64,000 nt of DNA from the human T2T-CHM13v2.0 reference genome, Homo sapiens (GCF_009914755.1 NC_060944.1); one strand, 5' to 3'. Numbered from the stretch's first letter, positions 51,698 through 64,000 are shown. Numbers and translations are program-made. The notes: generated from the sequence alone by a model not told the origin.

Positions 51698-52853
51698 AAG
51701 AAGAAGACAAATGGAGAAAGGGATGAGCTTCTCAGTTTGTGGTTCTCTGTTACTTGGCAACACAGTGTGTGCTGCAGGCAGTGTTTTGGGAGAGCCTGGA
51801 TTGACAACTGCAGAGGCCACTCTGTCCAGCCCAGGCATGCTCCAAGTGCCTGAGGTCATTGGCAAATGACCACAGCTGGGCTCTCTTTGGCTCAAGAATC
51901 TCCAGATTCCATGCATTTTCATGGCCTAGCAAAATGCCTCCAGTATTTGAACCCCTTGACAGCTGGCCTCGCTATGGCACCATTCCACGAGAGAAGAATC
52001 TCACCGCCCTCCACCCCATTATAATCACTTTAGATAAACCCTGCTCACAGGCGGCAAGAAATTTAAAAAAAAAAATGTGGGAATAGATGTTGTTTCACAG
52101 GCAGCAGAGATTTAGCTGTGCCGCTTTCTCTTCTTAATTGTGGGTCTGTCCAGGGAACCCACAGCAGTGGATAAATCACGGTGATGGTTGGCAAGCCACT
52201 GTTGCCACACAGCTACCCGAAGAGTTACAATATTATCTGATGCTGAAAGGTGGGGATCAGGGAAAAGGGTGAATGGATGACTCAGTCACAGATGGAGCCA
52301 CAAAGATGAAGCCATTCATTCCCACCCACCACCACCACCACCACAAAAAAGAACATCTGAGCCCCCACCATGAGTCAGGGATGAGCTGGTGCACCTGCCC
52401 TCAGGGGCTCAGCCAATAGAAGGTGCACCCCCTAATGATCTGAAGTAACTTGAAATCACAGAGTCATCCTACCCAAAATGCAAACTCAGTGGTTTCCTCA
52501 CCTACTCAAAACCCTTTAAGGATGCAAAGCACATCTGGTTTTGCTTGCTGCATTCCCATTTTCCCGCTGGTAACAACTTCCTGGTCTTCTTAGTGGAGAC
52601 CCACTCCCCCCGACCTTTGGTCTACGTGGTCTGGGTGGGGCTGGCGTGTGCTCCTCTGTCCCTCCACCCCACTCAGTGGGTGGGCAAGCTTCCCAGAACC
52701 CTGGCTACCTAGGGGTGGCATGTGACCAAGAGGGAGTCCAGGACAATCCCAGTCTTCAGTTGACACATCCTGAAAAGCACACCTGCTTCTGCCTGGGCTT
52801 GCCAGGAGTATCAGTGGGGACTCTGGACCTGCCTCCAGAAAGAAAAAAGGATT

Positions 52854-53262
52854 CGTGATGGTTAACTGGATGGGTCAACCCAATTGCCCAGGGCTGCCCA
52901 GATCAAATGTTATTCTCGGTGTGTCTGTGAGAGTGTTTCCAGATAAGCTGAGCATTTGAATTGGTAGACTAGGTAAAGTTGATGGCTCTTCCCCATGCAG
53001 CTGAGCATCATTCAAACCACTGAATAGAACAAAAAGGTGGAGGAATGAGAAAGCCGCCCTGTTTTCTTCCTGCCTTCCTGCTTGAGCTGGGACAATGGGC
53101 TCCTTCTGCCCTGGGGCTGAGGTTTATACCACCGCCTCCCCTGCTGGTCAGGCCTTCGGAATCAGGCTGGAGTCATTCACGGCAGATGGTGGGACTTCTG
53201 AGCCTTCATCATTGCATGATCCAACCCCTCCTAATAGATCTTCCTTTATGTAAATATATATA
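52854..53262 (+). mobile_element. MLT2 (ERVL) LTR, MLT2B/D-like
   Basis: gtgatggttaa...ggtgtgtctgtgagagtgtttccaga...gcatttgaattggtagact...gaatagaacaaaaaggtggagga...atggtgggacttct. Confidence 0.8.
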
Positions 53263-53554
53263 GCGATGATGAAGGTGGTGATGGTGGTAAGAGGATGAAG
53301 CTTCCCACCTCCCAGAGTGGAGGAGGAGGCTCTTCGGTGACCATGCACTCAGAGAGACTCTGTACCTCTGTTCGTTTCTGGCACTTCTGGAATGAGCTCT
53401 TAGGATTCATGATGAATCCGACCTCAGTTGGTCATGGGACAAAGCCTTATAAAATGTCCTCAGCGGCTCCTTCCAACCTTCCAATTCAATCTCACAACAC
53501 GTGAGACTGCCATCAATTGCAGATGTGTCACCTGTGGGGAGCCGTCCTGAGAGG

Positions 53555-53765
53555 CCACGTGGCACGGTGATTGGGAACACACACACCAGAGCCAGACTGC
53601 CAGGTTTGAATCCTGGTTCAAATCCCAGTTCTGGCACTTCTCTTTCCAGGTCTCTGTTCAGCTCTGATTCCCATCTATAATAAGGGGATACTGATAACCC
53701 CTCTATCATAGGGCATCTCTAAGGGCTAATGAGTTAATACACGCAAAGTGTGTAAAACGTGAGAA
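53555..53765 (+). mobile_element. MIR SINE
   Basis: agagccagactgccaggtttgaatcctgg...aatgagttaatac. Confidence 0.8.
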
Positions 53766-53899
53766 GGTGCCGATATCATGACTTTCACGTGTGCCTTTTT
53801 TACGGCATTCAGCTCATCCATTCCTCACAACCAAAGAGTAGAAGTAAAGGAGTACATTTCTTCGGCGAGAGCAAAGCCAGAAATTCAAAGCTTTAAACA

Positions 53900-54310
53900 G
53901 TGAGTCCTCTTAATTGGAGACACACAAAGGATGTTGATCCAGTGCTGATATTTATAACAGCAAAAATTGAAAACAGCTTAACTGTCCAACAATAAAGGCT
54001 TATCTTTATATACTTGAGTACATCCATGTAACAGAATTTCATGTAGCCTTATAAAATCATGTTACCAACATTTATGTATAGAGAAAGGTATTTATAATAG
54101 GATGTTAAATGAAAGAAAATACAGGCCTGACCTGTAAGCAGAGTATGATGCCAACTTTACAAAATACATAGAAAAAAATGAAAAATACAGCAAAATGTTT
54201 ACAGAGGTTGTCTTTAGGAGGTGAGATTAATTTGCTTTTCTCTATTTTTCTAGTGGACCTATATTACTTTTAGAATCGTAAAAAACCCATGATAAATGTT
54301 ATAAAAATGA
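53900..54310 (+). mobile_element. L1ME-like 3' fragment
   Basis: atttataacagcaaaaattgaaaacagc...tgtccaacaata...gttaaatgaaag...caaaatgttt. Confidence 0.65.
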
Positions 54311-54317
54311 TGAGTGC

Positions 54318-54628
<311 letters not shown>

Positions 54629-55720
54629 TTAGAGGAGAACCATGTTTAAAAGAGAGAGGGAAAGATGATTTTCCTCAGCCAATGCCCTTAAACTAATTAA
54701 AAACAGCACCCTTCTTCATCCAATTACTTCCAGTAATTTATTTTAACAAATCAAATTGCCCCCAAATTCAACTTTATTACTCATTTTTTTTGTTGTAAAA
54801 GGAAACCCTCAAGAAGCAACAATCTTCTGCCCTCTGCTTGCCTAAGCCATTTGAATCCTGCCCGCCTTGCTCCTTTTACGCCTGCCATGTTCGTTTGAGG
54901 AGATGGGAACCCCAGCATGGCTCCTCTGAAACATGTAGTTCAGAGATTTGTGCAAGCCACCATTATGCTCCAAGCTCAAGCAGAGAGAAGATTCTTCTCT
55001 ACACATGCTGTACCTGAGACCTTCCCTCTTCTTGGTAATTTCAACTGAGAGAGTAGCCAAGACCATAATGTGAGATGGAGAGCAAAGGATAGCGTAAGTT
55101 GGCAAAGTGGCACTCTCACCACAAGTGAGGCTGTCATTCTTTGATATCACGCAAACACGTATTTACAGGACCATCAAGGAGGGTAACATTTTAATAAAGT
55201 TGACTTAAGCCTCAAAGACTTTGGGGATATTTGTTACTGCAGCATAACCCAACCTCCCTGACTGACACACTACTGTCTCCCCTTCTGCCTCACCTCACTT
55301 TGCCCCTGTCAACAAAACCCACTCCTTAAAAAGCAGCATGTTAATTAAATTCACATGGGACACTGAATCAGGAGACATTTCTTACAATAGTGAGGTGAAA
55401 GAAATAGAGAGATTAGGATTAGGAACATAGACAGAAAATCACAGCTTGAGATCTCACTTATCAAAACATTAAAGAAAATAAGAATGAAGCCAAATACATG
55501 TGGGGAAAGCTAATCAAGCTAGAGGCAGCACAGGAGACTGAGATAAGCCAAGAGAAATGGAGAGCCGGGGGGAAACCACAGAATCCCTGTAGATTTAGAG
55601 TGCAGTGTGATTAGGTATCATTTGCTGCCAGGCACAGAGCCTGGAGTCCACAGGGCAAAGGAAAGAAGTGCCCCTCTGGAGGGCTTCTCTGCCACTCAGA
55701 TTATTCCCTCGCTTGGCGGA

Positions 55721-56104
55721 TGTGTTAATTTGCTAGGGCTGCCACAACCAAGTCCCAAATTGGGTGGCTTAAACTATGGAAATGGATTGACTCATGGTTC
55801 TGGAGGCCAGAAGTCTGAAATCAAGGTGTCAGCAGGGCTGCTTCCTGCAGTTCCCAGTCTCTCTCCATGGTTCGTCGACTGCCATCTTCGTATTCACATG
55901 GCTTTCTCCCTGTGTACCTGTCTGTGTTCAAGCTTCCCCTTTTTATCGGGACAGCAGTCATCCTGAATTGCGACTCACCCTAGCAACCTCATCTTAACTA
56001 GTTACATCTGTACAACTTTATTTCCAAATAAGGGCACATCCTGAGGTAGTGGGGGTTAGGACTTCAACATATGAATTTAGAAAGAGAGACAATTCAACCC
56101 ATAA
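55721..56104 (-). mobile_element. MLT1B-like solo LTR
   Basis: tttgctagggctgcc...gttctggaggccagaagtctgaaatcaaggtgtcagcagg...atttccaaataagg...ggttaggacttcaacatatgaattt. Confidence 0.85.
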
Positions 56105-56379
56105 TGGAGGGTCTCGTTCTCTGGGTACTGAAGATATGCAAGGGTCCCAGGAGCTTCCAGGGGTGTAAGAGGCCAGGCAAGGAAAACAGAACAGCACAAA
56201 ACGTGAGTGATGATGTACACAGGCAACAGATGCCAGGGCCAAACAGAAGGCATGCACGTCCTAAACGGGAAGCTTCTTAAAATTTGGGGCTCTGCAAAAT
56301 GCCAAAGCAGAAGCTAAAAAACTAGCATCGAGCTCATTTGTGGTCCTCAGATTGCTAATTATGATGGTAGCAATCCCAG

Positions 56380-56729
56380 TTGTGGAAGCCACCAAGCCTG
56401 CTTGAGTATCCTGCCTCACTCTCCTTCCAGGCACAGGCTTCCAGCTAGGTGTGGCCACATGACTTGCCTTCCCAAGATGAACAGAAGTGACGGATGTCTC
56501 CTCTGGGTGGAAGCTATAAAAGCCAGTCCTATTTTCTCTTTTCTTCTGCCACAGTGAGCAGCTGCTCTGTTCATCTGGGCCACAGAGAGAGGAGGATCAC
56601 GGCATGAGTTAGAGTCCCTGCCAACGGATGGTCCCATATGAGGAAAAAATCAATCACCATTGTCTTAAGCTTCGGAGGCTTTAGGGCCATTTGTTACTGC
56701 AGCATAACCCAGCCTCCCTGACTGATACA
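56380..56729 (+). mobile_element. MLT1H/I-like LTR (a second 3' end of the same type ends at 55269)
   Basis: ctaggtgtggccacatgact...agaagtgacg...ttgttactgcagcataacc...ctgactgataca. Confidence 0.7.
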
Positions 56730-57382
56730 CCCCCATCTTTCCCACTGTTCCCACCCCACCTTATCCCTACCAATAGTACCTGAATTTATCTCAGAAGGGT
56801 GGACCCATCCCCAGCCCCAGAGATGAATTAAAACCATTTCTTCCTTTATGTGTAGATGGGTTTTCTCCCTTGGTTTTCTGACAATCATGTCACTTTCCCC
56901 AAACCAGAAACTTACCCTCTTCTTGTCAGCTTGGTCATGGCTGTGAAGAGGCCCCTCATCCCTTCTGCAGCCCCTTCCAATTCAATCTCCCCAGAATCAT
57001 CTCTGAAAATGGCCTTGGAGCCCTGATTCCTCCATTTGGAATCATCCAGTGGCTTCCCTAATGCAGCCCAAGAGCCTGGCCTGCCTGGCCCCTGCTGACC
57101 CCTCAGCCTCCTGGCCTGGCCTCCCTGCCCAGCTCCATGCACACAGCCTCCAGTGAGCTTCGACTGAGCCCTCTCCCTCCACACAGTGGTGGCACATACT
57201 CTTCCCTGCATCTGGGTTGTTCTTTACCCTGCCTTCTCTTCTCAGCTCCTTAACTCAACTCTTACTCTATTTTCTTTCTCCTGTAAACTCCACACTCCTC
57301 AAAAAACAGCTCTCCTATCCCTCCATCCTCTACAGAGCATCTGCCTGCCCCTGCTACCTGGCAAGTCCCATGAGGCAAGGGC

Positions 57383-59605
57383 TGCAATGGATGGAATGTT
57401 TGTGTCCCTTCCAATTTATCCTAACCCCTAATGTGATGGCTTTAGGAGGCAGGAGGTGATTAGGTCATGAAGGTGGAACCCTCATGAATGGAATTAGTGT
57501 TCTTATAAAAGGAATCCCAGAGAGCTGCCTTGTGCTTTCTTCCACCACGTTAGAGTACAGTGAGAATACGGTCATCTGGAAACCAGGAAGAAGGCCCTCA
57601 CCAGATACTGAATCTGCTGACACTTTGATTTCAGACTTCCCAGCCTCCTGAACTATAAGAAATAAATTTATGTTGTTTAAGCCACCCAGTTATAACAGCC
57701 CAAACTCATTAGAACAGAAAAATACCAAAAAACAATGTGTTGCTGTAACAAATATCTGAAAATGCAGACAGCTTTGCAACGGGGTAATAGGTAGAGGCTG
57801 GAAAAGTTTTGAGGTACATGCTAGAAAAAGCCTAGAATTCCATGAAGGGAATTTCGAAGGTGGTTCTGATGGAAGCTCAGAAAGATAAGAGGAGTTTCCA
57901 TCTTCTTAGAGAATACCTAAGTAATCGTGGGTAAAATGTTGAGAGAAATATGGATGGCAAAGGCCATTCTGGTGAAGTCTCAGATGGAAATGAGAACCAT
58001 GTTATTAGAAACTGGAGGAGAGACCATTCTTGTTATAAAATGGGAAAGAATGTGGCTGAATTGTGTTCATGTTCTAGTGTTTTGTGGAAGGTAGAACTTG
58101 TGAACAATGAAATTGGATATTTAGCTAAGAAAATTTCTAAGCAAATTGTTAAAGAAGTGGCTTTATTCCTCCTGACTGCTTATAATAAAATGTGTGAAGG
58201 AAGAAATAATTTGAAGATGGAGTTATTAGGCAAAAAGGAACCAGAATTTAAAGGGTTGGGAAATTGCCAACCTATCCCTATTGCAAAAAAATGAGAAAAC
58301 TTGTTTGGAGCAGAATGCTAAGGATGTGGCTCAGTGACTATTTGATAAGAAGATTAGTACAAATATGAACCATGGGCTTGATCAACCGTCTCAATAAAAG
58401 CCAGAAGCAAAGATGGAATTGTTCCAGCAGAAGCACTGCTATCTAGGACTAAAGGAAAAGAGGTAACAGGACAAAATGAAGATTATAGGACTTCTTAGAC
58501 CCTACAGGACCAGACCATAGAATTCTTCAGATGTGAACATTCAGCTTTCTTCAACACAAGGAAAGAAGGACCCCAAAGGTGATTCAGAGGTCACTAGAGC
58601 TGCCACTCCCACCACAGGCCCAGAGTGCATGGCCTCCACCTCGTTTGCAAAGGTGGAGAGGTCTGCCTCCATCTCGATTGCAAAGAGTGGAACCAACACC
58701 CAGTGAAGCCATAGTGGCCCAGCAGGATCCCCCAACCCCAACAGAGAGCTGAAGCAAGAGGGGGCCCCTCCTGGGAGCCACAGCATGGGAAGCACCCCAC
58801 CAAGCTGGTAGGGATGGTGTTGTTACCACCCCAGTGGGTCTAGAAGGCAAAGCATTGAGCCAAAAAGAATTATTCTTGATCTTAAGATCTCATGGAGCTT
58901 GCCTTGCTAGATTTTGAACTTGCTCAGGACCCATCATCCCTTCCTTCTTTCCTATTTCTTTCTCTCTTTTTTTGAATGTGAATGTCTGTACTATGCCTCA
59001 CTCACCGTTGTATTTTGGAAGCACATAACTTGTTTGGCTTCACAGGCTCACATCTGGTGAGGAATTTTGCCTCACCATGAGTCATATCTTGAGTCTCACA
59101 CATATCTGGTTTAGATGCTATTTAGGGGAGACTTTGGACTTTAGACTTTAGAGTTGATATTAGGATGAGTTAAGACGCTTGGGGCTACTGAGATGGGATA
59201 AATGTATTTTGCATGTGAGAAGGACATGAATTTGGGGGGTCCAGGGTGGAATGCTATATATAGACCGAATGTGTGTGTCCCCCTAAAATTCATATGTTGT
59301 GATCTTAACCCCCAATGTGATGCTATTAGGAGGTGGGGCTTTGGGGAGGTGAATAGGTCATGAGGGTGGGGCTCTCATCAGTGGGATTAGTGCCCTTATA
59401 AAGAGACCCTGGAGTGCTCTCTCTCTTTTTCACTCTTTTCTGTCATGGGAGAAGACAGCCAACTGGAAGGAGGAAGTGGGCCCTCACCAGCCATAAAATC
59501 TGCCACCTCCCTTATCTCAGACTTTCCAGCCTCCTGCACTGTGGGGAATATGTGTCTGTTCTTTCAGCCGCCCCATCTGTTATTGCAACAGAAATGACTA
59601 GGACA
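57383..59605 (+). mobile_element. Complete MaLR provirus (MLT1A/A0-like): 5' LTR 57383-57716, internal 57717-59251, 3' LTR 59252-59605; inserted in an L2
   Basis: Two homologous TG...CA LTRs; internal begins gaaaatacca...; purine-rich tract before the 3' LTR; TSD agggc / ggggc; ORF 57950-58294 resembles MaLR internal ORF (EVSDGNE...NW...SCY...GYLAKKISKQ). Confidence 0.9.
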
Positions 59606-59649
59606 GGGGCCATGGCTGTTTTCACTTGCACTTGCTGGGGATGCATGGG

Positions 59650-60032
59650 CGCCCCCATGCAGTCACCTCCAGATCTCTTTCTCACCTCTGTGTGCCCACC
59701 CCTCACATCCTGAGCCTTGCCAAGGAGACCCAAACTTCAGAGGAGTACCCTGTGGGCAGCCTGCATGCTGCCCCACCATGCCCACAGTCAGTGACTGACT
59801 GGTGAGGTGACCAAGGCCAGCAGCACCCACTCTGATCAGGCCAGTTCTGGGGTGGGGGTAATTTATATACCAGGGCTCTCCCCGGGATCAGGCAGGGGAA
59901 TGGGAATCACTGAAGTCACCCCCTGATTGGCTTCCTCTCCATCCCTGTTCTGGTTCCCCTCCCTGAGAGGCATCTCCTGGGACATGTCCTAATCCTCACC
60001 TCAGAGTCTGCTGGGACAACACCTGCCCCAGA
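59650..60032 (+). mobile_element. LTR16-like LTR
   Basis: tgactgactgg...ttctggggtg...ccctgattggcttcct...aatcctcacctcagagtctgct. Confidence 0.5.
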
Positions 60033-60123
60033 TGCCACTGTAACCCTGGGCCTTGCATGGTGCCAGCACCTGGAAGATGCTGAGAAAACATTTGTTCAGT
60101 CAGTAAACATTTCCCAATACCAC

Positions 60124-60419
60124 TTTTTTTTTTTTTTTAGATGGAGTCTCGCTCTGTTGCCCAGGCTGGAGTACCATAGTATGATCTCAGCTCCCTCCAA
60201 CCTCCACCTCCCTGGTTCAAGCAATTCTCCTGCCTCTGCCTCCCAAGTAGCTGGGATTACAGGCGTGCACCATCACGCCCAGCTAATTTTTGTATTTTTA
60301 GTAGAGATGGGGTTTCACCGTGTTGGCCAGGCTGGTCTTGAACTCCTGACCTCAGGTGATCCGCCTGCCTTGGCCTCCCAAAGTGCTGGGATTACAGGCG
60401 TGAGCCACCGGGCCCGACC
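60124..60419 (-). mobile_element. AluSx-like
   Basis: Full dimer; degenerate TSD caataccac / caaaaccat. Confidence 0.95.
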
Positions 60420-60829
60420 CCAAAACCATCGTTGTCCCAACTGGCTGAGAGCCCCTGTTGCTACACATTCTGCCCCTCCCTAGATGAAACAGTACTATGT
60501 CAAAGCTGTGCTTGGGGCACTCCCTGGACTGTCAGTGTCCCCTGAGCGTTAATTGGAGTCAGGAAAAGTTACAGCCTCTTTGAGCACTACCTGAAGGGCA
60601 CATCCTTTAGAGATAAACTAGCACAATATTTTCTCAGTGTTTCTCCAGTTTTGTTTTGTTTTGTTTTAACCACAATCTTCCCTTTTTCCCTCTTGCTTTT
60701 GATTTGGAGTGAAAGGCATGCACATGGTGGGGCCTAGAACCCAATCCAAACCCCAGCCCTCGGCTTCAAAGCAGGCATCAAACCCTTCAGCCTCTTTGTT
60801 GGCTGATAAATAGAAACTTCTGCCTCTCA

Positions 60830-61030
60830 AGACAAGCCCGAAATGAAGCGGAATCCTTGTTGCTAAGAAAAATGACACGTGAACGGCTCCCGTTTGAGCT
60901 CCCAGAACTGCCCCGGTTTCCCAGGGCTGGCTGCACGTCACGATGCTGGCGGAAGGAGACCGTGGGCTTGATTGACACCACAGCGCTAGCGGGAAATGGT
61001 TTCTAAACTTTTGCCCAGCTAGCGGCCTCT
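60830..61030. promoter_or_regulatory. Candidate CpG-retaining enhancer/promoter
   Basis: 13 CpGs in ~190 bp; CACGTG 60876-60881, TGATTGACA 60969-60977, GCGGGAAA 60989-60996. Confidence 0.4.
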
Positions 61031-61179
61031 TTCCTGACCTCTTTATCCCCTTGAAAGCAAAATAGATCCTAGGAACTGAGATGGAGCTGAAGTTTATGAG
61101 TTAGTGTTTCCAGAGAGACAATCAAGACTGGGATTCCTTCTCCCAAGGTTGATTGGGTTACAGTTAAGAAAACGCCATC

Positions 61180-61480
61180 CACTGCAAACTCAATGGCCTC
61201 AGCGGCCAGGTTGGTGACGTCACAGTCAGTGGGTTAGACATGAGAGAAAACAGTAAATGGTGGCAAGCGGTGCAACTAGGAAGCTCAGGCCCCATCTAAA
61301 GTAGAAACCTCTGCCCAGCTCCAGATAATTGTTGCCACATGGAAATACAGCCCAGAACTGTCAGCTCTCTTGATTTTTCAATAGAAGTTAGATGGTTGTC
61401 TTCTAAGTTGCAATTTCTCAATGATGAGACCTATTCACATTTTTTAAAAAGCACTAGGCACGTGCCTGGCCCAATGAGTC
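61180..61480. mobile_element. MER102-like (hAT-Charlie)
   Basis: gcaaactcaatggcct...ggccagg...gttgccacatggaaatacagccca...tttttaaaaagcact. Confidence 0.6.
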
Positions 61481-61649
61481 TCAGACTCTTTTAAACAAAA
61501 GAGTTTCACCAGTTAGATTTGGAAAGCAGGCATTTGTCATCAGAGTAGCAGGTGTGGTTGTGCCTAGAGCTCCTTCTGCTTCCCCTTAATTCCAGGGTGG
61601 TGAATCAGAGTTATCTCAGTTATTGAAAATATGTATTTCAACAAACAGT

Positions 61650-61762
61650 GGCTTGACCAACTCGTCCTGGCTTGCCTGGGACTGTCCCAATTTTAAAACT
61701 TAAAATTCTGCCTCCTGGAGTCCTCCTCAGTCTCAGGAAAACCAGAATAGCTGGTCACCCTT
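61650..61762. mobile_element. MER81 (hAT-Blackjack MITE)
   Basis: tgaccaactcgtcctggcttgcctgggactgtccc...cctcagtctcaggaaaacc...tggtcaccct. Confidence 0.8.
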
Positions 61763-62299
61763 AAGAAGGGATGCTTGGTGAGCCATTGAGTTGTGCCCCC
61801 TTGGGAGCTCATTAGCTGGAAGAGGAAATGAACCCTTTGTGAAATAACTGAAAATAGCAGTGGGGACTGTGCCTCTCAGAGTCAAAATCAAACATCACTT
61901 CTCAAGACCTTATCTCGTGAAACCTAAGATGAGCACAGCTGTGCTTTCAGACAAAGCCTGTCCAACTTCCCAGTTTACTACAGAGAGTTGCTGTGAGGGC
62001 CTGGATCCCTGAATGGCTGCGTGAAGCCGCACCCCTGCCACCACATACTGGGCGGTGATTGTGTTTGGCCTCTGAGATTTGGGGGTTTTCTGTCACAGCA
62101 TTTGGACTCCCCTGACTGGCACGCTATTGGACCCTTAACTTTTTGGCCAGCATTGTCTAGCATGAGGCTGGTCTCCTTATCCTCCCCTAGGAATGTGGAT
62201 ATGGTGTTCAGGGCCTAGATGGTCTCTACTGGCTACTTGAAGGTATGTACAAAAGGCACCATGGAGTGGTCAGGTTCTCAGAGGAGAGGACAGAACTAG

Positions 62300-62728
62300 C
62301 GTGAGGGGTCAAATTGTGTCCCCCAAATTCCTATGTTGGAGCCCTAACCCCCAGTACCCTAGAATGTGACTGTATTGAGGGATAGAGTTTTACAGAGGTA
62401 ATTAAGTTAAAATGAGTGCATATGTGTGGGCCCAAATTCAATATGACTGGGGGTCCACACAATAAGAGGAAATCTGCACACAGACACACACACAGAGGGG
62501 CAACTATGAAAGACACAGTGAGAAGACAGCCATCTACAAGCCAACGAGAGAAGCCTCAGAAGAAGGCAATTCTGCCGACTGCAAAAAGCAAGGAAATGAA
62601 TTCTCCCCTAGAGCCTCCAGAAGAAGCACAGCCCTGCTGCCACCAGAACCGTAAGACAATACATTTATGTTGTTTTCAGCCACTCAGTTTGTAGTAATTC
62701 ATTGTAACAGAAATAGGAAACTAACACA
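62300..62728 (+). mobile_element. MLT1B-like LTR with an MLT1C/D-like 3' part
   Basis: tgtgtcccccaaattcctatgttg...gaatgtgactgtatt...agccatctacaagcca then aagcaaggaaatgaattctcccctagagcctccagaag...aataggaaactaacaca. Confidence 0.75.
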
Positions 62729-64000
62729 ACTTTGAATAGTGTATTTTTCATACACCCCAGCCCTGAACTTGTTTAAATGTTTGCTTTCTTTTCCTCTCAA
62801 CTATTAATACTGAAGCTGGGTCAATGAAGGAATGCACCTGAGTTTTGAACTCTGGTTGAGTTCCAAACAATAAGCAATTGATGGAAAGAACAATTGCACA
62901 TACAGCCAAAGTTGTTGAAACCCTCGTGGACGTGTGAATTTTCAAAAGCAAATTGCCAACCCTCTCTCTGCTGCTTCGTGGTTTATTTGATGGAGTGTGT
63001 GTTTAGCCAGGCAGGGGTAGTGGGGACAAACAAGGCTCTGTCCTAATGCTCCCACCAAAGTCATGGGCTGCTCAGGGACACCTACTTCAGCAGGGGCAGG
63101 GCACATGCAAGGGACTCCAACCCCAATGCCAGTGAAACAGCAAGAGAACTGTCAGCTTTGCCAATTGCGTATCCTCTGGGGTGTTTCTCATTTTAGTCTC
63201 ACAACAGGTCTCATACCCTCCTCCCCTTAAGTGACATGGTGGGTTAGGAGAGTGGTGCTGCGGGAGAGACGCAGTGCTGCCAACACGGTGCTATGGTTGC
63301 AGTCACACGCCCCTCAGGCTGGAGAAAGCAGACAGCTGCACCCACGGGCTCACATGTGCCAGCTCCATCTGCGAGATCATTAAAATTGAGCCTTGGCAGA
63401 ATCTGCAGAAAAACACATTTGTTTTCTTCGTAAAGAGGAAGAGTAAACTTTCCTGTCGTCCTCATAAGTTTCTGCAATTACTTTAATGTGCAAAGCGCCT
63501 TGTACAAAAGCAGGAAGCTGTTACCCGGACTAAGGCACCAGGATGCATGCTTCCGTTAAATTATACGTGAAATTACACGTTCTCTAGCGCTGGTGGCTTA
63601 GTCGCCGTTTAACAGTAATAAGACACACAATTCCAGTGCTCACAATGGTGTTCAGGGGCTTGGCAATTTGCTTCTCATGCTATCACGCATCTAGCCAAAC
63701 CAGGTAGGCTCCAAGACAATCATTCAGACAAAACAGACTGTCTTGAAGATGAGGAGAGGTGTGGTCCTCACAAACCTGGAGTCACCAAGAAGAGAATGAG
63801 CCCGGGAAATCTGCAAAACAGGAGTGCCCCAGCTTCCGAGTTCAGAGAAGAGCTTCTATGTCCATCCTTTTAATATATGATAGAGATCCTGTTCCGGATT
63901 CACACCCCATTACGTTCCCAACCCACCTGCACCCACTCCCCAAAATGAAACCGACTGGAGCCATTCAGACAGCCTGAATCTCTGCTCTGTCACTTCATAT

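Noticed and set aside
51284-51922. Longest ORF in the window (212 aa) and similar ORFs at 5909, 27314 and 60157
   Set aside because: Antisense Alu translations ([17 protein letters not shown] signature).
63580-63600. Possible CTCF site (reverse gccaccagcgctag)
   Set aside because: Only the 5' half matches; the G-rich core is missing.

Overview
This is non-coding simian primate DNA, most likely human or great ape (AluY/AluS/AluJ, L1PA and THE1 elements are present). It is intergenic or deep intronic and roughly half or more recognisable interspersed repeat. I recognise no protein-coding exon, tRNA/rRNA gene, CRISPR array or CpG island. The provided ORFs are explained by Alu, L1, MaLR, hAT-transposase remnants, low complexity or chance. 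Main contents: an old ~5 kb L1 with ORF1/ORF2 remnants (8.35-13.55 kb); a near full-length Charlie5-like hAT transposon fossil with nested MLT1 and Alu insertions (28.6-32.4 kb); a complete two-LTR MLT1A-type MaLR provirus (57.4-59.6 kb); a truncated U2 snRNA retrocopy; a trimeric AluY; and many MIR, L2, MLT and MER fragments. The most interesting non-TE structure is a 73-bp x ~6 minisatellite (46261-46704) in which unit variants create three perfect GLI consensus sites (GACCACCCA). Several short repeat-free, CpG-retaining, TF-motif-rich segments look like candidate enhancers. I found no convincing novel gene system. Repeat subfamily names are from remembered consensus sequences and need RepeatMasker/Dfam confirmation; regulatory calls are hypotheses.
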